A stretch of 40,000 nt of DNA from Nostoc sp. MG11 (lineage in GTDB: Bacteria; Cyanobacteriota; Cyanobacteriia; Cyanobacteriales; Nostocaceae), in contig NZ_JACXXN010000003.1 of the NCBI RefSeq assembly GCF_014904695.1, positions 237,405 through 277,404 of the forward strand. Direction: 5' to 3'. This document shows, piece by piece, positions 1 through 8,317 of the stretch; the stretch's first letter is position 1, and each line of letters begins with the position of its first letter. The notes under the pieces are model-generated. The model saw nothing but the letters and a program-made list of their open reading frames with translations. It was not told the DNA's origin and searched no databases. Made by a program: the position numbers and the translations under genes.

Positions 1-2
1 CT

Positions 3-302
3 TTAGACGAGATAAGGTTCTTGATGTGTCTTAATCGTGCAATTAGAACGAGGATAAGTAACGCAAAGTAGAGCGAATCCTTTCGACATTTGCTCGTCAT
101 CTAGGAAAATTTGATCAGATTGATCAACTTCACCATCAACGACTTTACCAACACAACTAGAACAAGAACCTGCGTGACAAGAGAAAGGTAACTCAATACC
201 ATTTTCTTCTGCTGCTGCCAAAATGGTAGTATCTTCGTCAACTTCAATTGTGGTGTCGAAGTTTTCTTTTTTGCTGATCAATCTAACTTGGTAGCTGGCC
301 AT
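3..302 (-). CDS. fdxH: Plant-type [2Fe-2S] ferredoxin, heterocyst type
   Basis: 99-aa ORF with the plant-type ferredoxin Cys pattern '[10 protein letters not shown]...LLC'. It is the terminal gene after hesA-hesB, as in Anabaena/Nostoc nif clusters. Confidence 0.9.
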   Translation of the reverse strand: MASYQVRLISKKENFDTTIEVDEDTTILAAAEENGIELPFSCHAGSCSSCVGKVVDGEVDQSDQIFLDDEQMSKGFALLCVTYPRSNCTIKTHQEPYLV

Positions 303-467
303 TTTGTGATTCTCCTCAAAGGTTATACGATTAGATTTAATTCCCGAAGCTTTTGAGTTTACCTATCCTACTCTTTGGGCATTTACGAGAAGCCGCCACA
401 GTGAGATTTGATGCTAACGGAACTGAGGAAAACTTTGATACTTGGTCTTCCCAAGCCCGAAATAGTA

Positions 468-842
468 TTAGCTACAGGGTATTCCAGTAGGCGTACAGTC
501 ACCAGCTTTAAAAGACTTTCCACAACCGCAGGTATCTGTTGCATTGGGATTGACGAACTTAAAGCCGCTCTCCATCACTCCCTCAACAAAGTCAACTACA
601 ACACCTTCTAATAAAGGCGCACTTTTGGCCTCAACGTAGACGAGTACCTTACCTTGCTGAAGTACTAAATCATCGGGTTGTGGTTTGCTGGTGATATCCA
701 TCGCATACTCATAGCCACTGCAACCACCATCTTTCACAGAGATACGAACACCTTTAGTTGCGCCATCGGCGTCGGGAGCTGAGCCTCGCAGGAATGCTCG
801 CAGATGAAATTCTGCTTTTTCTGACAAAGTAACGGTCATCAA
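468..842 (-). CDS. hesB: HesB/IscA-family Fe-S cluster assembly protein
   Basis: 124 aa. Carries the IscA signature 'DGGCSGYEY' and a C-terminal 'CGCGKSF'. Lies directly downstream of hesA. Confidence 0.9.
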   Translation of the reverse strand: MMTVTLSEKAEFHLRAFLRGSAPDADGATKGVRISVKDGGCSGYEYAMDITSKPQPDDLVLQQGKVLVYVEAKSAPLLEGVVVDFVEGVMESGFKFVNPNATDTCGCGKSFKAGDCTPTGIPCS

Positions 843-892
843 ATCTCCTGAATTGTAGCGATTGGTTGTTTTGATTACAGGTATGGGTCAAA

Positions 893-1696
893 TTAACTAT
901 TTTGTGCAATACTGCTGGGTTCCATCGATTTGGATTGCGCTTGTCTCCAAGGTGCGTTATTACCGCATACTGGACAAGAGCGATCGCGATAAGAACGACG
1001 CTTGGCAAACTCCATCCGACTCAGGTCAATTGTCAGCAATTGCGACAATAGAGGTTGACTAAACCCGGTGATCAGCTTAATAGCCTCCAGCGCTGCTAGA
1101 CAAGCCAATGTCCCAGAAACAGCACCTAGAACCGAAAAGCCGCGCCGATCCCAATCAGGCTTCTCTGGAAATAAACAGGATAAACAAGGAGTCACACCAG
1201 GAATAATCGTAGTTAGGTAAGCTTCCATCCCGTCCATTGCAGCCTCTACCATTGGCTTACGCCAGCGCACACAAGCTTCGTTCAGCAAATTGCGCTCCGT
1301 AAAATTGTGGGCGCAGTCAAGAGCCATATCAGCAGATTGCACCAACGAATCTACATTTTCCGGGGTGATGTAATCATGAACAGTTTCCACTTGGACATCA
1401 GGATTAATAGCGTCCAGAGTTTCTTTAGCTTTAAATACCCTTGGCTTACCTACCCAATCGTCCGTCATAAGAACCTGACGATTCATATCATCTAGCCGCA
1501 AGTCACCACCCCGGACTAAGATTAGTCTTCCAACGCCCGCTACTGCTAAGTAAAGCGCCGCCGTACCGCCTAATCCCCCCACACCTGTAACCAGAACAGT
1601 CGCCGACTTCAAACGCTTCTGTGCTACTTCGCCAAAATTCGGGAGCATAATTTGACGACGATAGCGTTCTAATTCGGTAGGCGTCAGGTTTACCAA
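893..1696 (-). CDS. hesA: HesA (ThiF/MoeB-family adenylyltransferase)
   Basis: 267 aa. Has the nucleotide-binding loop 'VTGVGGLGG' and two CxxC pairs ('CLSC', 'CPVC'). TTG start preceded by GGAGG. Confidence 0.9.
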   Translation of the reverse strand: MVNLTPTELERYRRQIMLPNFGEVAQKRLKSATVLVTGVGGLGGTAALYLAVAGVGRLILVRGGDLRLDDMNRQVLMTDDWVGKPRVFKAKETLDAINPDVQVETVHDYITPENVDSLVQSADMALDCAHNFTERNLLNEACVRWRKPMVEAAMDGMEAYLTTIIPGVTPCLSCLFPEKPDWDRRGFSVLGAVSGTLACLAALEAIKLITGFSQPLLSQLLTIDLSRMEFAKRRSYRDRSCPVCGNNAPWRQAQSKSMEPSSIAQNS

Positions 1697-1706
1697 TTTT
1701 TACCTC

Positions 1707-2024
1707 CTAATCAGAAGTGATTTCTGTCAGTGTGACTACATTTTTCGGCTTGTCATTAAACACTTTGAACAGCTTTTGTTCATGCGGTGTTGATTCGAGA
1801 AATACTTGATAAGCTTTTTGCAAAGCTAGAGAATATTGATTTAGTCTCTCTTCTGAACTTAAATCAGGAGAATTCTCATCAATTTCCTTGATGTATTGAG
1901 AAAACTTTTTCAAAATATGTAAACGATTTACGTTCACAAATTTTTGGTCATAAGGCAGGTTAAAAAACTTAAGAAATTCCTCTGTATCTACGAGCTGCTT
2001 GAATTCATCAATAGTTCCAGTCAT
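1707..2024 (-). CDS. nifW: Nitrogenase-stabilizing/protective protein NifW
   Basis: 105 aa. N-terminal 'EEFLKFFNLPYDQKFVNVNRLHILKKF' is typical of NifW. The 4-nt ATGA overlap with the upstream ORF indicates translational coupling. Confidence 0.85.
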   Translation of the reverse strand: MTGTIDEFKQLVDTEEFLKFFNLPYDQKFVNVNRLHILKKFSQYIKEIDENSPDLSSEERLNQYSLALQKAYQVFLESTPHEQKLFKVFNDKPKNVVTLTEITSD

Positions 2025-2242
2025 TTAGCATTCTCCAATTTTTTCAGCTGTTGCTTAAGCTCATCTAACTGTCGATAGATTTCATAAGTTGCAGCTGCAA
2101 CATCCATAAGTTGCTGGTAATCTGTTGGCAGCCCTTCTGCTAAATCATGCAGATCCATTTTCATTTGACCTGCTTTGCTATTGAGGCGTCTAATCTGACC
2201 TTTTAATTCCTCAATACTTGTTTCTTTTGCCTGCACCATCAA
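2021..2242 (-). CDS. Small nif-cluster protein (DUF683 / CCE_0567-like family)
   Basis: 73-aa helical ORF in the conserved position between the nifX-associated gene and nifW in cyanobacterial nif clusters. Family assignment is from memory. Confidence 0.7.
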   Translation of the reverse strand: MMVQAKETSIEELKGQIRRLNSKAGQMKMDLHDLAEGLPTDYQQLMDVAAATYEIYRQLDELKQQLKKLENAK

Positions 2243-2271
2243 CCACTCCTAAATCTTGGCATTTTCTCTTC

Positions 2272-2329
2272 GTGTCTTAGTGCCTTTGTATTTCAAGAGT
2301 TATTTTTTACTACAAAGGCACTAAGACAC
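2272..2329 (-). repeat. Perfect 19-bp inverted repeat (stem-loop) inside the nif operon
   Basis: 'gtgtcttagtgcctttgta' (2272-2290) is the exact reverse complement of 'tacaaaggcactaagacac' (2311-2329), with a 20-nt loop. No U-tract follows on the transcribed (minus) strand. Confidence 0.8.
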
Positions 2330-2363
2330 AAATAAATTAACTTTCACTTATTACTTAGAACTC

Positions 2364-2840
2364 TTATAGTTTGCCGACTTCTGGGAAGCGCTTCGCCAAA
2401 TTAATCCCTTTTTGGACAAAATTTTCTCCCTCTTCTGCTAGTTTTTCTAGCGAGTCAAAGCCAAAGCGATGAGCATCTCGCAAAGTTTTTACAGCTAGCA
2501 AAAGACGCCCAGAAAAGACCAGCGCCCAGCCAAATCCTTCATGGCTCAAATCAACCACAACCTGGGATATCAAACCTGTTTCTTGTTCAATACCAGCGGC
2601 TACAGCTCGAAAAAATGCCATAATTCGAGCTTGAGTTATCGGATCAACTTCACCTTCAACAGATATTTCGCGTTTCTTTTGTTTGCTAACAACAAAAGGT
2701 TTGAGAATTAACTCATCCGACCAACTACGATAAACTCCATAGCTGTCTTGACCACGGATTTGTTTGATTAATACCTTGAGAAAAGGCGAGTTCAAGACTT
2801 CGGTTGTAGCAGTTCCGTTAACACTATTATTTGTGGTCAT
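2364..2840 (-). CDS. NifX-associated nitrogen fixation protein (DUF269)
   Basis: 158 aa. The start overlaps the nifX stop by 4 nt. Corresponds to the conserved orf2 position after nifX. Confidence 0.8.
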   Translation of the reverse strand: MTTNNSVNGTATTEVLNSPFLKVLIKQIRGQDSYGVYRSWSDELILKPFVVSKQKKREISVEGEVDPITQARIMAFFRAVAAGIEQETGLISQVVVDLSHEGFGWALVFSGRLLLAVKTLRDAHRFGFDSLEKLAEEGENFVQKGINLAKRFPEVGKL

Positions 2841-3250
2841 ACTGTTGCTTCATCTTCAACTTCATCGGCAAAATTTGAGGGTTTTTGCTGTAAAGCTTTA
2901 CGCAGCCAAGGCGGAGGGTTGCCTTTGAGGGTTTGCACTAGCTTATTTAGGACTTCGCTAATTTCTTCCTCTTCCGATCGCGCCTTCACTGGGGTGACAC
3001 CTTTCTTGATTAAACGAGCCGCTGCACTCCCACCAATTGCTGTTACGTAAACAATCGTACAGTCAACTATTGCATCAAGTTTTGGTGTGATTTTGTCCTC
3101 GTTACCATCTTCTTTCAGGTCGCCTTCAAAATTGAGGGTTTCTAAGAAGTGATATCCCTCATCGGAAATTTCATAGACATCAATCATTCTTGCCCATCCG
3201 AAGTGAGCATTAATATGAACTCGGTCACTTGTCGTGAAGGCAATTTTCAT
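2837..3250 (-). CDS. nifX: FeMo-cofactor biosynthesis protein NifX
   Basis: 137 aa. Has the NifX/NifB-C-terminal dinitrogenase FeMo-cofactor-binding fold signature 'KIAFTT...HFGWA...F.IYE'. Follows nifN. Confidence 0.85.
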   Translation of the reverse strand: MKIAFTTSDRVHINAHFGWARMIDVYEISDEGYHFLETLNFEGDLKEDGNEDKITPKLDAIVDCTIVYVTAIGGSAAARLIKKGVTPVKARSEEEEISEVLNKLVQTLKGNPPPWLRKALQQKPSNFADEVEDEATV

Positions 3251-3317
3251 CCTAATTTATCCTTTGTCTACCGCTTTGCGAAATCCAGGGTCAAAAGTCC
3301 AAAGTAATTAACTTTAA

Positions 3318-4646
3318 TTAATGACTCTTGACTAATGACTCTTGACTCTTAACTAACGACTCTTCTTGTTCTAAAAATAGATTGCCAATACCAAACAAAA
3401 GCTCCATTGTGCCTCGGTAGCCTACTTTGGTAAATTGACCATTACCTAAGCGGTCATAAATGGGCAAGCCTAGACGATATAAAGGAACCGAAAGACGTTT
3501 AGCGATCGCTCTGACATTTGAGTTACCAATCAACAAATCAGATCCGGCCGCTAAATTCTCAAAGTCTTCCAAGTCGCCGATGGTGACGCTTTTAACTGGG
3601 AGTTTTTCTAGCAATGGCGATCGCGTGGTTGTCACCGCAGCATGAATTTGACTTCCCATCGATTGCAGGAAACACACTGTTGACCACAACAAGTCTGGTT
3701 CTAAGGCTAGGGAAACTCGTTTAGCACCAAAGTAAAAGTGAGTGTCTAGCATTGCATCTTGCAACTGACGGCGTTGGCGACGGTATTTTTCCGGGACGCT
3801 ATTACCACTAAGAATTGCCAATGCTTGCAAGAACTCGTCCACTGGTTCTAATCCAGTCAGTTCGCCAAACACCTCGTAGGGTGTGCCAAAACGTTCTTCC
3901 AGAATTTTGGCTGCACCTCGCATACTCTCACCTAATGCCAAGGTGAAAGCAGAACTACCTACTTGCCGCAGTTGTGCTAGGGTCGTACCGCTGACTGTGA
4001 CAGCACTATAGGCATCCTCTAGGTGTCCATCTAGAGAAGCACCAAGGTCAGGGACAAAGATGGGAACTAGTCCAAAGGCAGTCACCATCTCTTTGACTTC
4101 CTGTACATCACCTGGTGTGAAGGCAGAACCAGCCAAAATCGTTACTTGCTCGGTTCTGATTCCACCTGGTCGAGGAATTTCCTGGACTATGCTCTCGACA
4201 GCAACAGCAAAACCATCCTGCAACGCACCTTTAAAATCTGGGGTAGGGGCAAAAACGATCGCCAAATCATTCAGTTCGGGATGGCGATCGCGAATCTCTT
4301 TAAGAAAGCCCTCGATGTCATCCCCTCTGGTTTCAGTCAACCCCGTGGTGCATAGACCAATAATTTCTGGGTTGGCCTTCTCTACCAGGGTGAGAATTGC
4401 CTGTTCTACATTCTCTTCGCCACCCAAGATGGTAGTGACTTCCGTCATCGCGGTTGTAGCCAGAGGAATCGCTTCCCGAAAATGCCGCACCAAGACAACT
4501 TTGGCGAAAGCAGTACAACCTTGAGAACCGTGGAATAAGGGCATCGTCCCTTTTAATCCCAAAAAGGCTAAGGTTGCACCCAAAGCTTGACTTTGCTTGA
4601 GGGGATTAACTGTCAGTGCTTTGTTAGGAACATTAACGATCGCCAT
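3318..4646 (-). CDS. nifN: Nitrogenase FeMo-cofactor scaffold subunit NifN
   Basis: Shows NifK/NifN-family homology ('LFHGSQGCTAF'). I prefer the ATG at 4646, which overlaps the nifE stop as TAATG. The 449-aa track ORF starts 21 nt further upstream. Confidence 0.9.
   Translation of the reverse strand: MAIVNVPNKALTVNPLKQSQALGATLAFLGLKGTMPLFHGSQGCTAFAKVVLVRHFREAIPLATTAMTEVTTILGGEENVEQAILTLVEKANPEIIGLCTTGLTETRGDDIEGFLKEIRDRHPELNDLAIVFAPTPDFKGALQDGFAVAVESIVQEIPRPGGIRTEQVTILAGSAFTPGDVQEVKEMVTAFGLVPIFVPDLGASLDGHLEDAYSAVTVSGTTLAQLRQVGSSAFTLALGESMRGAAKILEERFGTPYEVFGELTGLEPVDEFLQALAILSGNSVPEKYRRQRRQLQDAMLDTHFYFGAKRVSLALEPDLLWSTVCFLQSMGSQIHAAVTTTRSPLLEKLPVKSVTIGDLEDFENLAAGSDLLIGNSNVRAIAKRLSVPLYRLGLPIYDRLGNGQFTKVGYRGTMELLFGIGNLFLEQEESLVKSQESLVKSH
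3321..3362. repeat. STRR heptamer tract (6 units of the ttgactc family) forming the last 14 codons of nifN
   Basis: atgactc ttgacta atgactc ttgactc ttaacta acgactc. On the minus strand it translates to 'EESLVKSQESLVKSH'. Confidence 0.85.
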
Positions 4647-6025
4647 TAAACTACCTCCTCGTCCCAAGGAGCAGGCTTACGTATTTGCTCCCAAATGGGG
4701 CTATAAAGAGCTTCGTACAGTTCCCGTGCCATCTCGATCATCCCCACATAACCTGCATAGGGATGGTGGCGTTCTTGGTTAATATCAAGGAAAGGAATCC
4801 GAGCTTTTAGAGCAGTGTATTGGTTGCGTCCACCAGCAATCAGCATATCTGCGCGAGTATCTTTAACCAGCTGTAGCAATTCTTGAGCGTTGCCCTTCTC
4901 TAACATGATGCCATCGTTGCCGATTAACTTCTTGATTTTGGCTTTATCTTCTTCAGTGCTTTTTCTAGTACTGGTAGCAACAACTTCTATCCCTAAGTCC
5001 TTAGCAGCCGAGATAATCGACCAACTCTTGACACCTCCGGTATACAGAACAACCCGCTTACCTTTGAGTCGAGCACGATAGGGAGCCAATGCCAAATCTA
5101 GAGCCGCAGTTTCTTCTGCAATCAGCTTTTCTGTCCGCTCTTGCAAATCAGCGTCGCCTAATTTGGCAGCGATGTTTCGCAGACAGCGATTCATATCATC
5201 GATACCGTAGAAAGACTCTTCAATGTAGGGAATGTTGTAACGCTCCTCCATCTTTCTCGCCATATTGACCAGCGCTCGTGAGCAGATCATCACGTTGAGT
5301 TTGGCACGGTGGGCGTAGCGAATTTCATCGTAGCGAGCATCGCCCGTAATTTTGGACAGAACGCGGATGCCTAATTTTTCCAACAGTGGTGTTACTCCCC
5401 ACATTTCCCCGGCGATGTTGTATTCACCGATTAAATTAATATCATAGGGCGTAGTAAATTCTGGTTCTGCCGTACCAACAACATATTCCAGCAAAGCTTC
5501 ACCACCAAAACGGTTCCCCAGATTTTTGCTACCAATGAATCCTGGAGCAATTACTGGGATAACAGGAGTACCGATTTTCTCAGCAGCAGCTTTACAGACA
5601 GCATCAATATCATCGCCAATCAGGGCTGTAACGCAGGTAGCGTAGACAAACACCGCCGCCGGTTGGTAGCGCTCTTGGATTTCCAGAATCGCTTTATAGA
5701 GCTTTTTTTCGCCACCGAAGATAACATCGTTTTCACCCAAGTCAGTCGTAAAGCCCATCTTGTAGAGTTGGGGCCCAGAGGAGAGACTACCACGACTGCC
5801 CCAGGAGTTACCAGCACAAGCGATCGGCCCGTGGACTAAATGAGCGGCATCTGCGATCGGTACAAGGGCAATCATTGCACCATCAAAAGCACAGCCCCCT
5901 TGAGCCGCGCCAGGTTGTGCTTGTTGTGTGCAAGACTTGTTTTTCTTTTCCGTTTGTTTGTGCTGATTATGCTCGCATCCTGACTCACTGAGCAGCTCGT
6001 TAATTTTGCCTTGGGTGATTTTCAT
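4646..6025 (-). CDS. nifE: Nitrogenase FeMo-cofactor scaffold subunit NifE
   Basis: 459 aa. NifD-like, with 'GCAFDGA...HGPIACAG'. Lies upstream of nifN. Confidence 0.95.
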   Translation of the reverse strand: MKITQGKINELLSESGCEHNQHKQTEKKNKSCTQQAQPGAAQGGCAFDGAMIALVPIADAAHLVHGPIACAGNSWGSRGSLSSGPQLYKMGFTTDLGENDVIFGGEKKLYKAILEIQERYQPAAVFVYATCVTALIGDDIDAVCKAAAEKIGTPVIPVIAPGFIGSKNLGNRFGGEALLEYVVGTAEPEFTTPYDINLIGEYNIAGEMWGVTPLLEKLGIRVLSKITGDARYDEIRYAHRAKLNVMICSRALVNMARKMEERYNIPYIEESFYGIDDMNRCLRNIAAKLGDADLQERTEKLIAEETAALDLALAPYRARLKGKRVVLYTGGVKSWSIISAAKDLGIEVVATSTRKSTEEDKAKIKKLIGNDGIMLEKGNAQELLQLVKDTRADMLIAGGRNQYTALKARIPFLDINQERHHPYAGYVGMIEMARELYEALYSPIWEQIRKPAPWDEEVV

Positions 6026-6104
6026 CTCTCTTCTCGTGCTGAATGGCAGTTGTTCTTTGTCATTTGTCCACTGCTTAAAAGTCCAAAGTCCAAACTAATT
6101 AATT

Positions 6105-6146
6105 TTGACTCTTAACTCTTGACTTTTGACTCTTGACTTTTGACTA
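6105..6146. repeat. STRR heptamer tract (6 units: ttgactc/ttaactc/ttgactt)
   Basis: Tandem 7-bp periodicity read directly in the spacer downstream of the nifE-upstream gene. Confidence 0.85.
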
Positions 6147-6150
6147 ATAA

Positions 6151-6489
6151 CTAGCAAATGTATTTTGTGACATCTTCGCCACATTCATCGGCGAGATAAG
6201 ATAAAGCACGGAAACGCAATCCGACAAATTCGTTATATAAAGGATTGAGTTTACACAGTGCTGGAATATCGAAGATTCGCCCAAATAAGTTAATTTTTCG
6301 CTCAAAGGGACAACAACAAGGAATTGTTTGGCAAATTAGATGAGCGATGCGATTATGTTTAACCTGAATTCCATCTACCACGCGACGCAAAGGATTTAGG
6401 ATATCGAATGAGCCAGATTTTTTCTGGTTAGGTGGATGATAATTAGGGTGCGGGTGAGAGTGAGTATGAGTGTGATTTATAGATTCCAT
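6151..6489 (-). CDS. Mo-dependent nitrogenase C-terminal domain family protein with a His-rich N-terminus
   Basis: Conserved small ORF between nifK and nifE in Nostocales. Contains a Cys cluster 'QTIPCCCPF'. I prefer the ATG at 6489 ('MESINHTHTHSHPHP...'), because the upstream extension runs through a heptamer repeat. Confidence 0.7.
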   Translation of the reverse strand: MESINHTHTHSHPHPNYHPPNQKKSGSFDILNPLRRVVDGIQVKHNRIAHLICQTIPCCCPFERKINLFGRIFDIPALCKLNPLYNEFVGLRFRALSYLADECGEDVTKYIC

Positions 6490-6540
6490 AATCAATACCT
6501 TCAGGTAAATGCTAGAAAGAAAAAGGTGGAAATAATTCAT

Positions 6541-6568
6541 AATTATGAATTATGAATTATGAATTATT
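6541..6568. repeat. Heptamer tandem repeat: aattatg x3 plus a degenerate unit
   Basis: Read directly: 'aattatgaattatgaattatgaattatt'. Confidence 0.85.
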
Positions 6569-6607
6569 CCCCGCCCTTTATTGGCACGCTGCGAGTGAAT
6601 TCAATTC

Positions 6608-8143
6608 CTAACGAATCAAGTCGTAGGAAATATCAGTTTTGGATGGGATATTGGTGTTGCGATCGATTTCCTCAAACAGGGTATTTACAGTCCAGTTGAG
6701 CAGGTTGATCACACCTTGATAGCCGATAGTAGCGTAGCGGTGCAGGTGGTGACGATCCATGATGGGATAGCCGATTCTCACCAGAGGAGTCTTGGTATCG
6801 CGCCACAGGTACTTACCGTAGGTATTGCCGACAAGGAAGTCTACGGGTTCGGTGAACATCAATGAACGCATATGCCACAAGTCTTTACCAGGCCAAACAG
6901 TTGCATTCTTACCAAAGGGGCTAGAAGCAAGCAGTTCTTTCATTTCTGCTTCAAATACTTCGTTGCTGTTGTGAACCAAGATATGCACAGGTTCAGCACC
7001 CATTTCCAGCATGAAGCCTACTACGCTGTAAACTAAATCTGGTTCACCGTAGATAGCAAAACGCTTGCCGTGAATCCATGAGTGGGAGTCAGTCATGGCA
7101 TCAACTGCCTGACCGCGTTCAATTTCCAATTGTTCGGGAATGGGGATACCACTCAGTTCGCTGAGTTTCATCAAGAACTCATCAGTACCCTTAATACCCC
7201 AAGGACGGGAAACTGAGGTTGGTTGCTTCCACTCTTTTTCAATGTACTCGCGGGTTTTGGGAGTAGAGTGTGCTTGCAGAGCGATCGTTGCTTTAGCATT
7301 AATTGAATCTGCTGCATCTTCTAGCTTTGTACCACCTGGATACATATCGAATTCACCTGTGTTTGGTGAATCCAGGTAGTCGCTGTTGTCAGCGAGAATG
7401 GTGTAGTCAAAGCCGAACAAGGAAGCAATCCGCTTGATTTCCCGGTTATTGCCTACGTAGGTGTCAAAACCTGGGATGAAGTTGATCTTACCATTGCTGG
7501 TTTCTTTCTTATGACCTGCTGTCAGGTTAGAAAGAATTCCCTTCATCATGTTGTCGTAACCAGTGATGTGGGAACCAACAAAGCTAGGGGTGTGAGCGTA
7601 GGGTACTGGGAAATCTTGAGGAACTGAACCAGCTTGCTTAGAGTTATTGATGAAGGCTTGTAAGTCATCACCAATTACTTCTGCCATACAGGTGGTGCAG
7701 ACAGCAATCATCTTCGGCTTGTAGAGTTGGTAAGAGTTCGCCAACCCGTCAATCATGTTTTGTAAACCACCAAACACGGCTGCATCTTCAGTCATCGAAG
7801 AAGATACACCAGAGAATGGTTCTTTGTAGTGACGGGTTAAGTGGGTGCGGAAATAAGCAACGCAACCTTGAGAACCTTGAACAAAAGGTAGAGTGCCTTC
7901 AAAACCAACAGCAGCAAAGATTGCTCCTAAAGGTTGGCAACCTTTAGCAGGGTTAACCGTTAAAGCTTCACGAGCGAAGTTCTTTTCACGATACTCCCAA
8001 CCCTTCGTCCATTCTGCAACCCGTTTTACTTCTTCGGGGTCGTGACCGTTTTCAAATTGCTTTTTGTTTTCAAATAGTTGTTGGTACTCCGGCTGGTGGA
8101 ATAGCTCAACGTGGTCTTGAATTTTTTCTGGATTCTGAGGCAT
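6608..8143 (-). CDS. nifK: Nitrogenase MoFe protein beta chain NifK
   Basis: Full-length NifK. The 'MPQNPEKIQDHVELF...' start is preferred, as in Anabaena NifK; the track ORF begins 15 nt further upstream. Confidence 0.95.
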   Translation of the reverse strand: MPQNPEKIQDHVELFHQPEYQQLFENKKQFENGHDPEEVKRVAEWTKGWEYREKNFAREALTVNPAKGCQPLGAIFAAVGFEGTLPFVQGSQGCVAYFRTHLTRHYKEPFSGVSSSMTEDAAVFGGLQNMIDGLANSYQLYKPKMIAVCTTCMAEVIGDDLQAFINNSKQAGSVPQDFPVPYAHTPSFVGSHITGYDNMMKGILSNLTAGHKKETSNGKINFIPGFDTYVGNNREIKRIASLFGFDYTILADNSDYLDSPNTGEFDMYPGGTKLEDAADSINAKATIALQAHSTPKTREYIEKEWKQPTSVSRPWGIKGTDEFLMKLSELSGIPIPEQLEIERGQAVDAMTDSHSWIHGKRFAIYGEPDLVYSVVGFMLEMGAEPVHILVHNSNEVFEAEMKELLASSPFGKNATVWPGKDLWHMRSLMFTEPVDFLVGNTYGKYLWRDTKTPLVRIGYPIMDRHHLHRYATIGYQGVINLLNWTVNTLFEEIDRNTNIPSKTDISYDLIR

Positions 8144-8317
8144 TTGGTGGATCTCCAAGCTTGCTGTATTTTCTAGTCGAGGAATGAGGATTTGAGGTGG
8201 GAGTCGGTAACAAGAGCTGGGGATGGGGAGTGGGAAGTGGTGAATACTAATTCCCTACTTTCTACTCCCCCCTGGGGCTAAAACCCCAGGCTATCCTTAC
8301 TTCTCTCTCCCTTTTAC

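Noticed and set aside
4060-4524. 154-aa plus-strand ORF, and many other 60-110-aa ORFs, antisense to nifN, nifE, nifK, nifD, nifH, nifS and nifB
   Set aside because: They are fully embedded opposite strongly supported nif genes, and they show no motifs. They are typical shadow ORFs.
6490-6540. N-terminal extensions offered by the ORF track for several genes (Mo-nitro_C protein, nifK, nifN, nifS, glbN, nifT, efp, GerMN, GT14, NACHT)
   Set aside because: The extensions begin at alternative start codons or run through heptamer repeats or upstream gene ends. Internal ATG starts reproduce the conserved N-termini known for these families.
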